A program made the translations under genes and the position numbers. A DNA stretch of 64,000 nt, taken from positions 3,392,001 to 3,456,000 of the forward strand of contig CBDANF010000003.1 in assembly GCA_965197475.1 (NCBI GenBank), given 5' to 3'. The notes below the pieces were generated by a model. It did not search any database. It had not been told where the DNA came from and worked only from the letters and a program-made list of their open reading frames with translations. Of the stretch, positions 40,915-49,756 are shown piece by piece. Positions within the stretch are counted from its first letter, which is position 1. Every line of letters begins with the position of its first letter. Source of the stretch: Candidatus Poribacteria bacterium. GTDB taxonomy: Bacteria; Poribacteria; WGA-4E; WGA-3G.

Positions 40915-43170
40915 TTAGATTTTGCCCATCGCTTTTAGGAGGCGGTCGGGGGACATCGGTAATTCAGTCATGCGGATACCGACAGCATTATAAATTGCAT
41001 TGGCAATCGCAGCGGGTGGTGGGACAATCGGAACTTCACCGACTCCACGGACACCATACGGATGTCCTGGATTCGGTACCTCTACGATAACAGCGTCAAT
41101 CATCGGCAGGTCTAAGCAGGTCGGCATACGGTAATCAAGGAAACTTGCGTTTGTCATTGTGCCTTCTGCGTTGTAGATGTATTCCTCGTTTAATGCCCAA
41201 CCGATACCTTGAACGACTCCACCCTGAATTTGCCCTTCAACATAACTCGGATGGATGGCTTTCCCCGCATCTTGCGTTGCGGTGTAACGTAGAATTTCAA
41301 CCTTGCCGGTTTCTACGTCCACTGCCACATCAACAACGTGTGTTGCGAATGCGCCGCCAGCTCCTGCGGGGTTCATTGTGGCTCTGCCAATAACGGGACC
41401 GCCGGTTTCACCGAGTCTCGCAGATAGGTCACGGAAACTAATCTGTTCCTCTTTACCGTTGATACTTGAAAATTCGCCATCAGAAAACTGCACATTAGCT
41501 TCATCAACATCCCAGAGTTTTGCAGCACGAGCAATCATCTGTTGGACTACATCTTGTGCTGCTTCATAGGCAGCATAGCCAGTCGCATAAGTTGTGCGAC
41601 TGCCGCCAGTCACAGCAGTGTAGCCGATAGAATTAGTATCAACAACGGTTGGGTTTACCGATTCAGCGGAAATACCAAGTACTTCCGCCGCTTGCATCGC
41701 AATTGAGGCACGGGTGCCGCCGATGTCCGTAGAACCTTCAACGAGGTTAACTGTGCCATCGGGGTTGACGTTAATTGTAACGCTGGATTCCAAACCTATG
41801 TTAAACCAGAAACCGGATGCAACACCGCGTCCATGATATTTTTTCCCATTCGGTGCTGCGTAGTGGGGATGTGTCTTTGCCGCTTCAATCGTTTCAATAA
41901 AGCCGATGCGCGGGAAAACAGGTCCGTCTGCGCGCCGATCCCCTTCTTTAGCACCGTTGCTAAGACGTATCTCAAGCGGATCTATGTTTAGTTTTTCTGC
42001 CAGTTCGTCAAGCACGGTTTCTGAACCGAACGCTGCGTTGGTCGCACCTGGCGCACGGTAGGGAGCAGTCTTCGGTTTATTGACAACAACATCGTAGCCA
42101 TCAATTAGGACGTTTTCAATGTTGTAGGGTGCGAAGATACACATTGCACCTGCACCGACAGGTGAACCGGGATATGCGCCTGCTTCAAAGACGAGAGATG
42201 TTTGGGCAGCGGTGATTTTGCCATCTTTGGTAGCCCCCATCTTAACCGTAATATAAGACGCGGGGGTCGGACCTGTGCCTTCAAATACATCGGCACGGTT
42301 CATAAGGACTTTAACAGGTTTACCGGTTTTCTTCGCAAGTAGTGCCGCGACAGGTTTAACGTAAACGTTGATCTTACCGCCAAAACCGCCACCGATCTCC
42401 AATGGAACAACCTTGATTTTGGAAATCGGGTATTGTAGAATTTCGGCAAGTTGTTCACGAACGGTAAACGCGCCTTGCGTGCTACACCATACCGTTAAGT
42501 GTCCATCGGGATTGTAAAGTGCTGTGGCGTTGTGCGGTTCAATATATCCTTGATGAACGGTGCCGGTAACGAATTCTCGTTCAATCACGATATCTGCCTC
42601 GTCGAAGCCTTTTTCAATATCCCCTTTTTTAAACTGGAGGTGACTGGCGACGTTGCTCGGTTTGTCACCTGTTTCACCAAGTGAAGATGTTCTCAAGCTT
42701 TCATGGAGTATGGGTGCATCTGGTTCCATCGCTTCGCGCACTTCTAACACAGGCGGCAGCACCTCATATTCAACATCAATGAGTTCACACGCTTCTTCGG
42801 CGATATGCGGATTCGTTGCTGCGACAGCGGCGATGGCGTGTCCCTTATAAAGCACCTTATCACTTGCTAAAATGTTATCGCAAAGATATTTGAGATTAAC
42901 TGGACCTTCCCCAAGGTCTGCCATTTTGTCCTCTGCCGCGGGCAGGTCTTGCGCAGTGACAACACCTTTAACACCAGGCTGTGCTTCGGCACGGCTTGTG
43001 TCGATTGAGACAATTCGTGCATGGGCATGCGGACTCCGGAGGACCCTGCTGTGCAGGAGTCCGGTAATCTGAAAATCAGCCCCATAAATTGCCCTACCGG
43101 TGACTTTATCAACGCCATCGTGCCGGATGGGTCGAGTTCCGATAACTTTATACTCTTTCTTTTCAGACAT
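40915..43170 (-). CDS. Xanthine dehydrogenase-family molybdopterin-binding subunit
   Basis: DKVTGRAIY, RSPHAHARI, GGGFGGK, YRAPG, EGQIQGG, GVGEVP; start set at MSEKKEY with AGGAG RBS. Confidence 0.95.
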   Translation of the reverse strand: MSEKKEYKVIGTRPIRHDGVDKVTGRAIYGADFQITGLLHSRVLRSPHAHARIVSIDTSRAEAQPGVKGVVTAQDLPAAEDKMADLGEGPVNLKYLCDNILASDKVLYKGHAIAAVAATNPHIAEEACELIDVEYEVLPPVLEVREAMEPDAPILHESLRTSSLGETGDKPSNVASHLQFKKGDIEKGFDEADIVIEREFVTGTVHQGYIEPHNATALYNPDGHLTVWCSTQGAFTVREQLAEILQYPISKIKVVPLEIGGGFGGKINVYVKPVAALLAKKTGKPVKVLMNRADVFEGTGPTPASYITVKMGATKDGKITAAQTSLVFEAGAYPGSPVGAGAMCIFAPYNIENVLIDGYDVVVNKPKTAPYRAPGATNAAFGSETVLDELAEKLNIDPLEIRLSNGAKEGDRRADGPVFPRIGFIETIEAAKTHPHYAAPNGKKYHGRGVASGFWFNIGLESSVTINVNPDGTVNLVEGSTDIGGTRASIAMQAAEVLGISAESVNPTVVDTNSIGYTAVTGGSRTTYATGYAAYEAAQDVVQQMIARAAKLWDVDEANVQFSDGEFSSINGKEEQISFRDLSARLGETGGPVIGRATMNPAGAGGAFATHVVDVAVDVETGKVEILRYTATQDAGKAIHPSYVEGQIQGGVVQGIGWALNEEYIYNAEGTMTNASFLDYRMPTCLDLPMIDAVIVEVPNPGHPYGVRGVGEVPIVPPPAAIANAIYNAVGIRMTELPMSPDRLLKAMGKI

Positions 43171-43183
43171 AAAGACGCTCCTT

Positions 43184-43654
43184 TTAGGTAGCTGCGGCTG
43201 CATCAAGCACAGCGCGGACGATTTTATCGTAACCGGTACAGCGGCATAAATTTCCAGCCAACCAGTATCGGATTTCATGTTCCGTTGGGTTTGGATTTTT
43301 ATCAAGTAGGGCTTTTGCACTCATAATAAAACCTGGGGTGCAAATACCACACTGTAGTGCTGCGTTTTCGAGGAAGGCATCTTGGATCGGGTGCAATTTA
43401 TCTGGGTCAGCGAGTCCTTCAATGGTTTCAACAGATTTACCATCAGTTTCTACGCCGAGGACAAGGCATGAGTTAACGAGTCTACCATCAAGAATAACAC
43501 TGCATGCACCGCAGTTCCCGTTGTTGCATCCCTCTTTTGCGCCAGTGAGGTGGAGTTCATCTCTGAGGACTTCCAGTAGACTTTGCCGAGGTTCGCAGAG
43601 AAATTCTACCGCTTCGCCATTGATTGTGGTTTGAACGTGCGATTTTCTCGCCAT
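43184..43654 (-). CDS. Mo-hydroxylase 2Fe-2S subunit (CoxS/XdhC type)
   Basis: KEGCNNGNCGAC, QCGICTPG, GNLCRCTGY. Confidence 0.95.
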   Translation of the reverse strand: MARKSHVQTTINGEAVEFLCEPRQSLLEVLRDELHLTGAKEGCNNGNCGACSVILDGRLVNSCLVLGVETDGKSVETIEGLADPDKLHPIQDAFLENAALQCGICTPGFIMSAKALLDKNPNPTEHEIRYWLAGNLCRCTGYDKIVRAVLDAAAAT

Positions 43655-43699
43655 AGTATCGGTTTCCTTTCGTATTTATAGTAGATTTTTGAATTACTT

Positions 43700-43815
43700 C
43701 GGCACTCTGCAGTAGGCGTGGTTAAGAACCTTGTCTACCGCAGAGTGTCTGAGGCGCAGCATGCCACACGCACATGCTGCCTGGATTTGTCAATGAATTG
43801 CGCGACTTCAAACGC
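43700..43815. repeat. Cluster of REP-like hairpins
   Basis: GGCACTCTGC-GTAG hairpin-GCAGAGTGTC; GCAGCATG...CATGCTGC; family A copy AATGAATTGCGCGACT. Confidence 0.6.
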
Positions 43816-43855
43816 CGCAAATGCCAAGAAAATGTTTGCTTATTTTCATAATTCG

Positions 43856-44203
43856 CTATTTTAGAATAAGCATTCTACGGGTAGCCGTAAAATCGCCCGC
43901 TGTCAATGTATAGAAATAGAGACCGCTTGCCACAGGCTCACCTACGGCATTCCTGCCATCCCAATACGCAGCACGGCTCTTGGCTTGGTACATACCGGCT
44001 GGCTGCTGTCCCAAATCCAGTTTCCGAACTAAAGCACCATTCGCAGCATAGATCGTGAGTGTGACATCTGCCGGCTTCGCAAGGTGATAAGGTATCCATG
44101 TTTCGGGGTTAAATGGATTTGGATAGTTTAGCAGCAGTGCGTTTTTGACTGATTGTAGTCGGGGATTTGTGGTTGTGCCAAGATAGAGTAGTGTTTGTTG
44201 CAT
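43856..44203 (-). CDS. Stand-alone FlgD-Ig/T9SS-A-like C-terminal domain (probably a remnant)
   Basis: LLLNYPNPFNPETWIPY...YWDGRNAVGEPVASGLYFYTL...RRMLILK with no cargo domain or signal peptide. Confidence 0.7.
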   Translation of the reverse strand: MQQTLLYLGTTTNPRLQSVKNALLLNYPNPFNPETWIPYHLAKPADVTLTIYAANGALVRKLDLGQQPAGMYQAKSRAAYWDGRNAVGEPVASGLYFYTLTAGDFTATRRMLILK

Positions 44204-44212
44204 ATATACCCT

Positions 44213-44857
44213 CTATAGTGATTTTTTGACTTGCGGAAAATCTTGTGGGCATAAATTCGGTATGAAGTCACCAATAAATGTCACTATTTTTATCACTTCA
44301 TCGGGAGAAGTTTCAAACCACTTTGTCCCTTTTAATTTTCTCCCTTTATATTCCTTCCGTTTGCGCTTAAATATCTTCAGGGTTTCATGTATTTTCGTTT
44401 CCAATTCTTCGTAGTCATCATTCATTTTGATAATGAGTCCGATTGTAGGGTCTTTGAGCCATTGATCTGTTTGCTCATTAACTCTTTCCTCAACAGTACG
44501 AGCAGTTGAACCGACATTGCATAGCCAAATAGCACTTCCTTCCTGTTCTACTTGGCGGTCATAGAAAACATATACTTTTCCCTCTCCTTCTCCGAAAATA
44601 CGTTGAGATAATGGATAGATTTCCCAAATATCATTTTGTTTAGGAATCTGTTTTACATACCCCCCTGATTTCAGGCTCAACAGAACATTACTAATTACGC
44701 TATCCACGTATGTACTATCTTCAGGTGGAAGGTGCTTTTTCACTTGTTCCTCGATCTCTGTTATACTAGCTGTTCCTTTCAATTCATTTTTGATAATTTT
44801 TTTAACACTTTTTCCAACTCTACTACGATCTTCATAGGTATTCTTTGTCTCGGACAT
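44213..44857 (-). CDS. GIY-YIG superfamily (T5orf172/MUG113-like) protein with N-terminal winged-helix-like region
   Basis: GKVYVFY...NVGST.R.VEERV...LETKIH..L...KWF; AGGAG RBS. Confidence 0.65.
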   Translation of the reverse strand: MSETKNTYEDRSRVGKSVKKIIKNELKGTASITEIEEQVKKHLPPEDSTYVDSVISNVLLSLKSGGYVKQIPKQNDIWEIYPLSQRIFGEGEGKVYVFYDRQVEQEGSAIWLCNVGSTARTVEERVNEQTDQWLKDPTIGLIIKMNDDYEELETKIHETLKIFKRKRKEYKGRKLKGTKWFETSPDEVIKIVTFIGDFIPNLCPQDFPQVKKSL

Positions 44858-44874
44858 TCCATCTAAACTCCTTT

Positions 44875-45668
44875 CTATTTAAGATTGTTGAGTAAGCGTT
44901 CAATTTTATTTTTGAGTTGTACATCGCCCTCTTTCGGTACAAACTTCAATGCGGAACGCCAATCCTGTTCCGCCTCATCTATTCGATCAAGAGCTGCCTT
45001 TGCCAGTCCCCGATAGTAATAAGCCTCTGCATTATTAGCATTTTGTTTTATCTCTGCATCAAAATCCGAGATTGAGGATTCATATTTCCCAAGACAGTAT
45101 TTTGCAAAACCACGCTCATAGTAACCAAGAGCAGGCAACTTCTTACCCGCATTGAGTTTTATAGCCATATCAAAATCCGAAAGCGCAGCCTCATATTGCT
45201 TAAGGGATACTTTCACCTGCCCCCGAAGGTAGTATATATCGCCTCAGAAGAATTGAGTTTTATCGCAGTATCAAAATCCAAAAGCGCAGCCGCATAATCA
45301 CCGAGTTTTTGCTTCACTATTCCACGAAGGGTGTAAACATACGCATCATCGGGGGTAAGACAGATAACATTATCATAATCAGAAATCGCAGCCGCATATT
45401 CATTTTCTTCTTCTTTTGCAACCCCCCGCTCAAGAAGTGCTTCTACATGATCAGGATTGAGACGGATCGCAACATCAAAATCCGACATCGACGCTTTGAA
45501 TTGACATAGAAACCCCTTTGCCACACCCCGATAGTAGTAGGCTTCTGCGAAGTTAGGATCAAGACTTATAGCGGTATCATAAGCCTGAATCGCAGCCGCA
45601 TATTTATAATGTGCTGCCTCTGCTTTCCCCCGATTTAGATAGACTTGTGCTGAATTCGGAACTGACAT
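44875..45668 (-). pseudogene. TPR protein, frameshifted
   Basis: AY..RG.AK...AI.DFD.AI.LNP repeats over two frames; one added base in the (TA)n at about 45232-45239 restores EAYIYYLRGQVK. Confidence 0.8.
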
Positions 45669-45726
45669 GGTTTATCTCCTTTACTTCCATTAACAAGCTG
45701 TCCATTTTGTTATCCTTCTTGGTTTA

Positions 45727-46236
45727 TCAATCAACAGCAACTGTTTTGGATTTCAAACCACCATTACTTAACTTAATTTCCGCCTGCTTGTTAATTGACA
45801 AAGTTATCTTTTTGCCATTAGGTAGGCGCATTTCAATTTTGGGGAGGAGATCCTTTAGACTCAATGTTAGTTTTGACACGGTTTCTAATTTTCTATTGGT
45901 TCTTTTTAAATATTCAAGGTCTCTAAAGTCTCTCTTTGGATCCCCCATGATTTGTAACAATTGTGCAACGGATTCCATATCCATGAATACTATTTCATCT
46001 GGTGATAATATCAATTTATTCAGGTTTTCATCACTTACATGGACGATGTTATTATTTATGAATACATGGTCTTCGGAGTTTTCATCCCCTACAGTAATAC
46101 TTTCACTAACAATCAACTTTTTAACCCGTGCAACTTCGTCTTCAGCGTTTAGGTTATTCATGGTGCCGATAAAGTATCCGATAGACGCGATAAGCGCGCC
46201 CAGTGCCATATATGCTAATTTCTGTTTTAAAATCAT
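45727..46236 (-). CDS. Hypothetical exported/membrane-anchored protein
   Basis: GAGGAG RBS; KQKLAYMALGALIASIGYFIG N-terminal helix. Confidence 0.7.
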   Translation of the reverse strand: MILKQKLAYMALGALIASIGYFIGTMNNLNAEDEVARVKKLIVSESITVGDENSEDHVFINNNIVHVSDENLNKLILSPDEIVFMDMESVAQLLQIMGDPKRDFRDLEYLKRTNRKLETVSKLTLSLKDLLPKIEMRLPNGKKITLSINKQAEIKLSNGGLKSKTVAVD

Positions 46237-46409
46237 AGTTATCTCCTCTTATTAGTGTTATTTGTACGGGGGTTTACATCTCCCCGCAGAACGCGTCATA
46301 ATCTACTTATAGTTTGTATCAAATGACCCCATGAGTTATACTATTAGTATTCGTTAAACTAACGAGTAGATGTCCTCGGATCCCCGATAATCTATTCATG
46401 GAGGTCAAT

Positions 46410-47210
46410 ATGAACCGCAAGAAGGATACCGCTTACGGTATCACTCGGCTCGAATCCAAGAATGCCAGAGCCGCGATTATTCAGAAGATTTCAGCAGACT
46501 TTAATCTCATGCCTCTCGTTGCTGAAGCCTACTATAAACAGATTTCCACCTACTTTGAACAACACGCCGATGTGCACCTGACATCAGGGCAAATCTGCTA
46601 CGAGGCAGTCGCCGCAGAGGAACCCGCAGGTAAACATATCGCTTTAGCGAAAAAAGTTTCCTGTCGGCTAACTCTCAATGACACAAACGCCGATCTTGAA
46701 GTCTTAGCGAATTATGGTCTCGCAGGACTCAGACGGCATCGGATCCTCCGATTGACCCAAGAAGCTTATGACCAAGATGCCTTACTGAGCTACGAGGATT
46801 TAGCTGTATTATTAACCACCAGTCCTGCTACAGTCAAACGCGACATTCGACACTTGAAGCAGGATAGGTATTTCGTTATGACGCGCGGGACGAAACACGA
46901 CATGGGCCCCGGCACTTCTCATAAAACCCAGGTCCTGGAGTTATATTTCAAAGCCTATACCTTCACCGAAATCGAGAAAAAGACGAACCACAGCGAACGA
47001 GCTGTCTACCGCTACTTGAAAGACTTTACACAAGTCGCTACGCTCCATCATCAAGGCTTTCCTAACGCACAGATACGCCTGATCACACATCTATCTGACC
47101 GGTTGATCCGCGAGTATCTCTCACTCTATGAGGAATACCAACACACAGATCGCATGACCCAACTCCTTCACCCAGAACCTGAGGACACAAAAAAGGGGGA
47201 CCTCTCATGA
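46410..47210 (+). CDS. DUF1670-family protein A
   Basis: GGAGG RBS; EAYDQDALLSYEDLAVLL..S..TVKRD HTH, TRG..HDMG...SHK, TNHSERAVYRY. Confidence 0.8.
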   Translation: MNRKKDTAYGITRLESKNARAAIIQKISADFNLMPLVAEAYYKQISTYFEQHADVHLTSGQICYEAVAAEEPAGKHIALAKKVSCRLTLNDTNADLEVLANYGLAGLRRHRILRLTQEAYDQDALLSYEDLAVLLTTSPATVKRDIRHLKQDRYFVMTRGTKHDMGPGTSHKTQVLELYFKAYTFTEIEKKTNHSERAVYRYLKDFTQVATLHHQGFPNAQIRLITHLSDRLIREYLSLYEEYQHTDRMTQLLHPEPEDTKKGDLS

Positions 47211-48091
47211 GCAAACCTCTAACCCGCACGCAAATCAACGAGAAGAAATTCAGACGCATCAACGATAAGTCCCTACGACAGTTGCTGATCCATCGCTTTC
47301 TCAATGACTACGGGTATGACAAAGGCGAAGTCACGGCGACTGCCATTGTTGATGACATTCTCAAGACCGTTGAGGACTATTTCGTAATTACCCTCCCTTT
47401 GGAGAAACTCGCCACGGGCGACTCACTCCCTGAGGAGCGATACCTGAGTTATGGACACCTCGTTTGGATGGCTGTCCCCATTGAGGAACATCCAGAGAGA
47501 GGAAAATCCATCGTCAAAACCCGCATGAAACCTGTCATCCTGACTTACCTCGCCGCAGAGGATATTGAATCGTTTCGCAATGGCTTTACCTCCCGGCAAC
47601 TGCGGATCAATCGCTTGGTCCGCTGGTGTCATCAAGCTTATGACCAAGGGGCATTATTGACCCAACTCGACTTGGCAGTTTTGCTCAATGTCTGTGATGC
47701 TGTCGTCAGTGATTATGTCAATGAATGGCAAAAAACCACTGGAGAACTCTTGCCCACCCGTGGCAATATCCATGACTTATCGGGTGCTATTACCCACAAG
47801 AAAGAGATCATAACCCTCTATCTTCAAGCACATCTCACCCCCAGGATTGCCGCAAAGACCAAACACTCTAAGGAGGCAGTTGACCGATACATTCGCGATT
47901 ATGAGAGCGTCAAAGTCGTGCGAACCGCTACCGCAGATATTGACAAAATCTCACAGATCACCCGACTTTCTAAACGCGTCATCTCTCAATATCTCGACCT
48001 CATACCGCAGCACCAACTCCAAGCCATAGATGCAGACCTTGCCAATTCAGACTCAAACGATGAAGCCACTCACCAAGGAGAAGCCCAATGA
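47207..48091 (+). CDS. DUF1670-family protein B (paralogue of A)
   Basis: ATGA coupling; QAYDQGALLTQLDLAVLL, PTRGNIHDL...THK, TKHSKEAVDRY. Confidence 0.8.
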   Translation: MSKPLTRTQINEKKFRRINDKSLRQLLIHRFLNDYGYDKGEVTATAIVDDILKTVEDYFVITLPLEKLATGDSLPEERYLSYGHLVWMAVPIEEHPERGKSIVKTRMKPVILTYLAAEDIESFRNGFTSRQLRINRLVRWCHQAYDQGALLTQLDLAVLLNVCDAVVSDYVNEWQKTTGELLPTRGNIHDLSGAITHKKEIITLYLQAHLTPRIAAKTKHSKEAVDRYIRDYESVKVVRTATADIDKISQITRLSKRVISQYLDLIPQHQLQAIDADLANSDSNDEATHQGEAQ

Positions 48092-48158
48092 GACCCTAAT
48101 CCTATGTTCCCGACGAACTTTACTTCGCAAAACCGGGGCAGGTGCCTTGAAAATATGG

Positions 48159-48187
48159 TTGACAACCGCTACTGGTTTTGCTATACT
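48159..48187 (+). promoter_or_regulatory. Near-consensus sigma70 promoter in the element right end
   Basis: TTGACA-17 bp-TATACT with no RBS-led ORF downstream. Confidence 0.75.
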
Positions 48188-48193
48188 TTAGAC

Positions 48194-48298
48194 ACGTTTA
48201 TCGCTAAACGCATCATTTCTCAAAGAGGATGCTCGCGATCCCAACGCAACCCACTCATCAACGATCGCTGGGAAGCCAATAAACATCAGCCTTCCAGC
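48194..48298 (+). ncRNA. Candidate structured RNA from the DUF1670 element
   Basis: Four adjacent hairpins start right at the predicted transcription start. Confidence 0.45.
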
Positions 48299-48318
48299 TA
48301 TCCTATGGTCATTTGATA

Positions 48319-48463
48319 CTATTTCATTATCAACATCTTCCGCGTCGCGGTGAAGTCGCCTGCGGTGAGTGTATAGAAATAAACACCGCTTGCCACAGGT
48401 TCACCGACTGCGTTTCTGCCATCCCAATACGCAGCACGGTTTTGAGTTTGATAAATCCCAGTA
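48319..48463 (-). pseudogene. 3-prime remnant of an NYPNPFN-type C-terminal domain gene
   Basis: GIYQTQNRAAYWDGRNAVGEPVASGVYFYTLTAGDFTATRKMLIMK*, similar to 43856-43997; its TAG overlaps the element TIR. Confidence 0.8.
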
Positions 48464-48466
48464 GAA

Positions 48467-49345
48467 TTACGCTGCGTCTTTGACTCTTTGAATTGCTCCA
48501 TTAAGTGCACGTCGCGTCAGGACACCAACGAGATGTGTTCGTTGTTCGGCAGTGCCGCGCATGTCGCTAATCGGACGGGCGATAGATTGTGCGGCTTGTG
48601 ATGCTTCGTCAATAGCGGCATCAGAAATTTCTTTCCCAGCGAGAAGCGCGCTGGCTTCCTCAGCAAAGAGCGGCGTGGGAGCGACAGCACCGAGCGCAAT
48701 GCGGGCAGAGACAATCCGCTGTTTCGCATCATCTAATACGACAGCGGCACCTGCACCGACGACCGCAATATCCATTTCGTTGCGCGGGATAAATCTGAGA
48801 TAGTAGGAGCTGGAATTTTGCTGCGGTGATGGGACTTTCACAGAGACAAGTATCTCACCTTTTCCGAGTACAGTCTGTCCGGGGCCGGTGCAGAAATCTT
48901 CAACAGGTACTTCGCGTTCTCCATTTGAACCAGCGATGACACAAGTAGCGTTTAGGACAATTAGAGGCGGTATACAATCGGCAGCAGGTGAAGCGTTGCA
49001 AAGGTTCCCTCCTACCGCAGCGCGTCCCTGAATGGCGGTGCCTCCAATAATTTTGGTTGCATCTACTAAACCGGGATAAGCATCGCAAATTACATCCACA
49101 GCATAAATCTGATAGCACGGCACCGCAGCACCAAGGGTCAACCCTGTTTCCGAGTCATAGGCTAATACATTAACTTCAGGAATGGATTTGATGTCTACCA
49201 TCCAGTCTAAAGTACGTTTGCCTTCTCTCGCTTGAACGATGAGGTCCGTGCCACCAGCGAGAATTCGGGCTTGGTCACCTTTTTCATCAAGCAGTGCGAC
49301 AACTTCAGATACCGTTTTCGCAGCGATATACTCAAATGCTTGCAT
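48467..49345 (-). CDS. Mo-hydroxylase FAD-binding subunit (CoxM/XdhB type)
   Basis: LAGGTDL, GGNLCNASPAAD, RIALGAVAPTP, PISDMRGT; start at MQAFEY with AAGGAG RBS. Confidence 0.95.
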   Translation of the reverse strand: MQAFEYIAAKTVSEVVALLDEKGDQARILAGGTDLIVQAREGKRTLDWMVDIKSIPEVNVLAYDSETGLTLGAAVPCYQIYAVDVICDAYPGLVDATKIIGGTAIQGRAAVGGNLCNASPAADCIPPLIVLNATCVIAGSNGEREVPVEDFCTGPGQTVLGKGEILVSVKVPSPQQNSSSYYLRFIPRNEMDIAVVGAGAAVVLDDAKQRIVSARIALGAVAPTPLFAEEASALLAGKEISDAAIDEASQAAQSIARPISDMRGTAEQRTHLVGVLTRRALNGAIQRVKDAA

Positions 49346-49603
49346 GGCAACAATCTCCTTCATTTTAATACTGGATTATCTGTTATTTTTAATTAGATTA
49401 TACCACAAATGCGAAAAGATGCAAGTTTTTTCGTTGATGCCATACCGATCCTCTTTTTACTTTGGAAACCTACAGAATACTATACACATTTGACGTTGAT
49501 CCACATGGTTTTTTTAAAGGTATTACCCGCTTTTGCAGGCTAAAATACCAAAACGAAACTTTTTTCAAAAAAATTTGCGTTTTGCTTTATTTCGTGTTAT
49601 GAT

Positions 49604-49756
49604 TAACGTGAGTTCGGTATAAGTCTACTTTCACAAGTTCGTGGGTATTTTTCCACTGATTCCCCCTGTTTTAGGGGTTTAGGAGGTAAAAAACAGGTAA
49701 AAAATCCTTCTATCTATACCGAAACTCACGTTATTTCTTACACCGAGCTCACGTTA
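49604..49756. mobile_element. MITE with 20-bp TIRs and a duplicated right end
   Basis: TAACGTGAGTTCGGTATAAG ... TATACCGAAACTCACGTTA (49715-49733) ... CTTACACCGAGCTCACGTTA. Confidence 0.75.

Larger units (their letters stand above)
46316..48319 (+). mobile_element. Putative novel IS-like element: 13-bp TIRs enclosing two DUF1670 genes
   Basis: GTATCAAATGACC (46316-46328) and GGTCATTTGATAC (48307-48319); genes oriented opposite to all neighbours; no target duplication. Confidence 0.75.

Noticed and set aside
40915-43170. Aerobic CO dehydrogenase CoxL
   Set aside because: The active-site loop reads APYRAPG, not AYxCSFR; called a generic Mo-hydroxylase. The ORF-track extension to 43320 overlaps the 2Fe-2S gene and was trimmed.
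45611-46255. 214-aa plus-strand ORF
   Set aside because: Antisense shadow of the RBS-supported 45727-46236 gene.
48104-48316. 70-aa ORF in the DUF1670 element tail
   Set aside because: No RBS, it runs through the promoter and the TIR, and it has no recognisable motif; cannot be fully excluded as a third gene.
48241-48340. Guide-like match between candidate RNA loops and the flanking DNA (ATCAAC, AACATC)
   Set aside because: Matches are only 6 nt and expected by chance; multiple insertions would be needed to test this.
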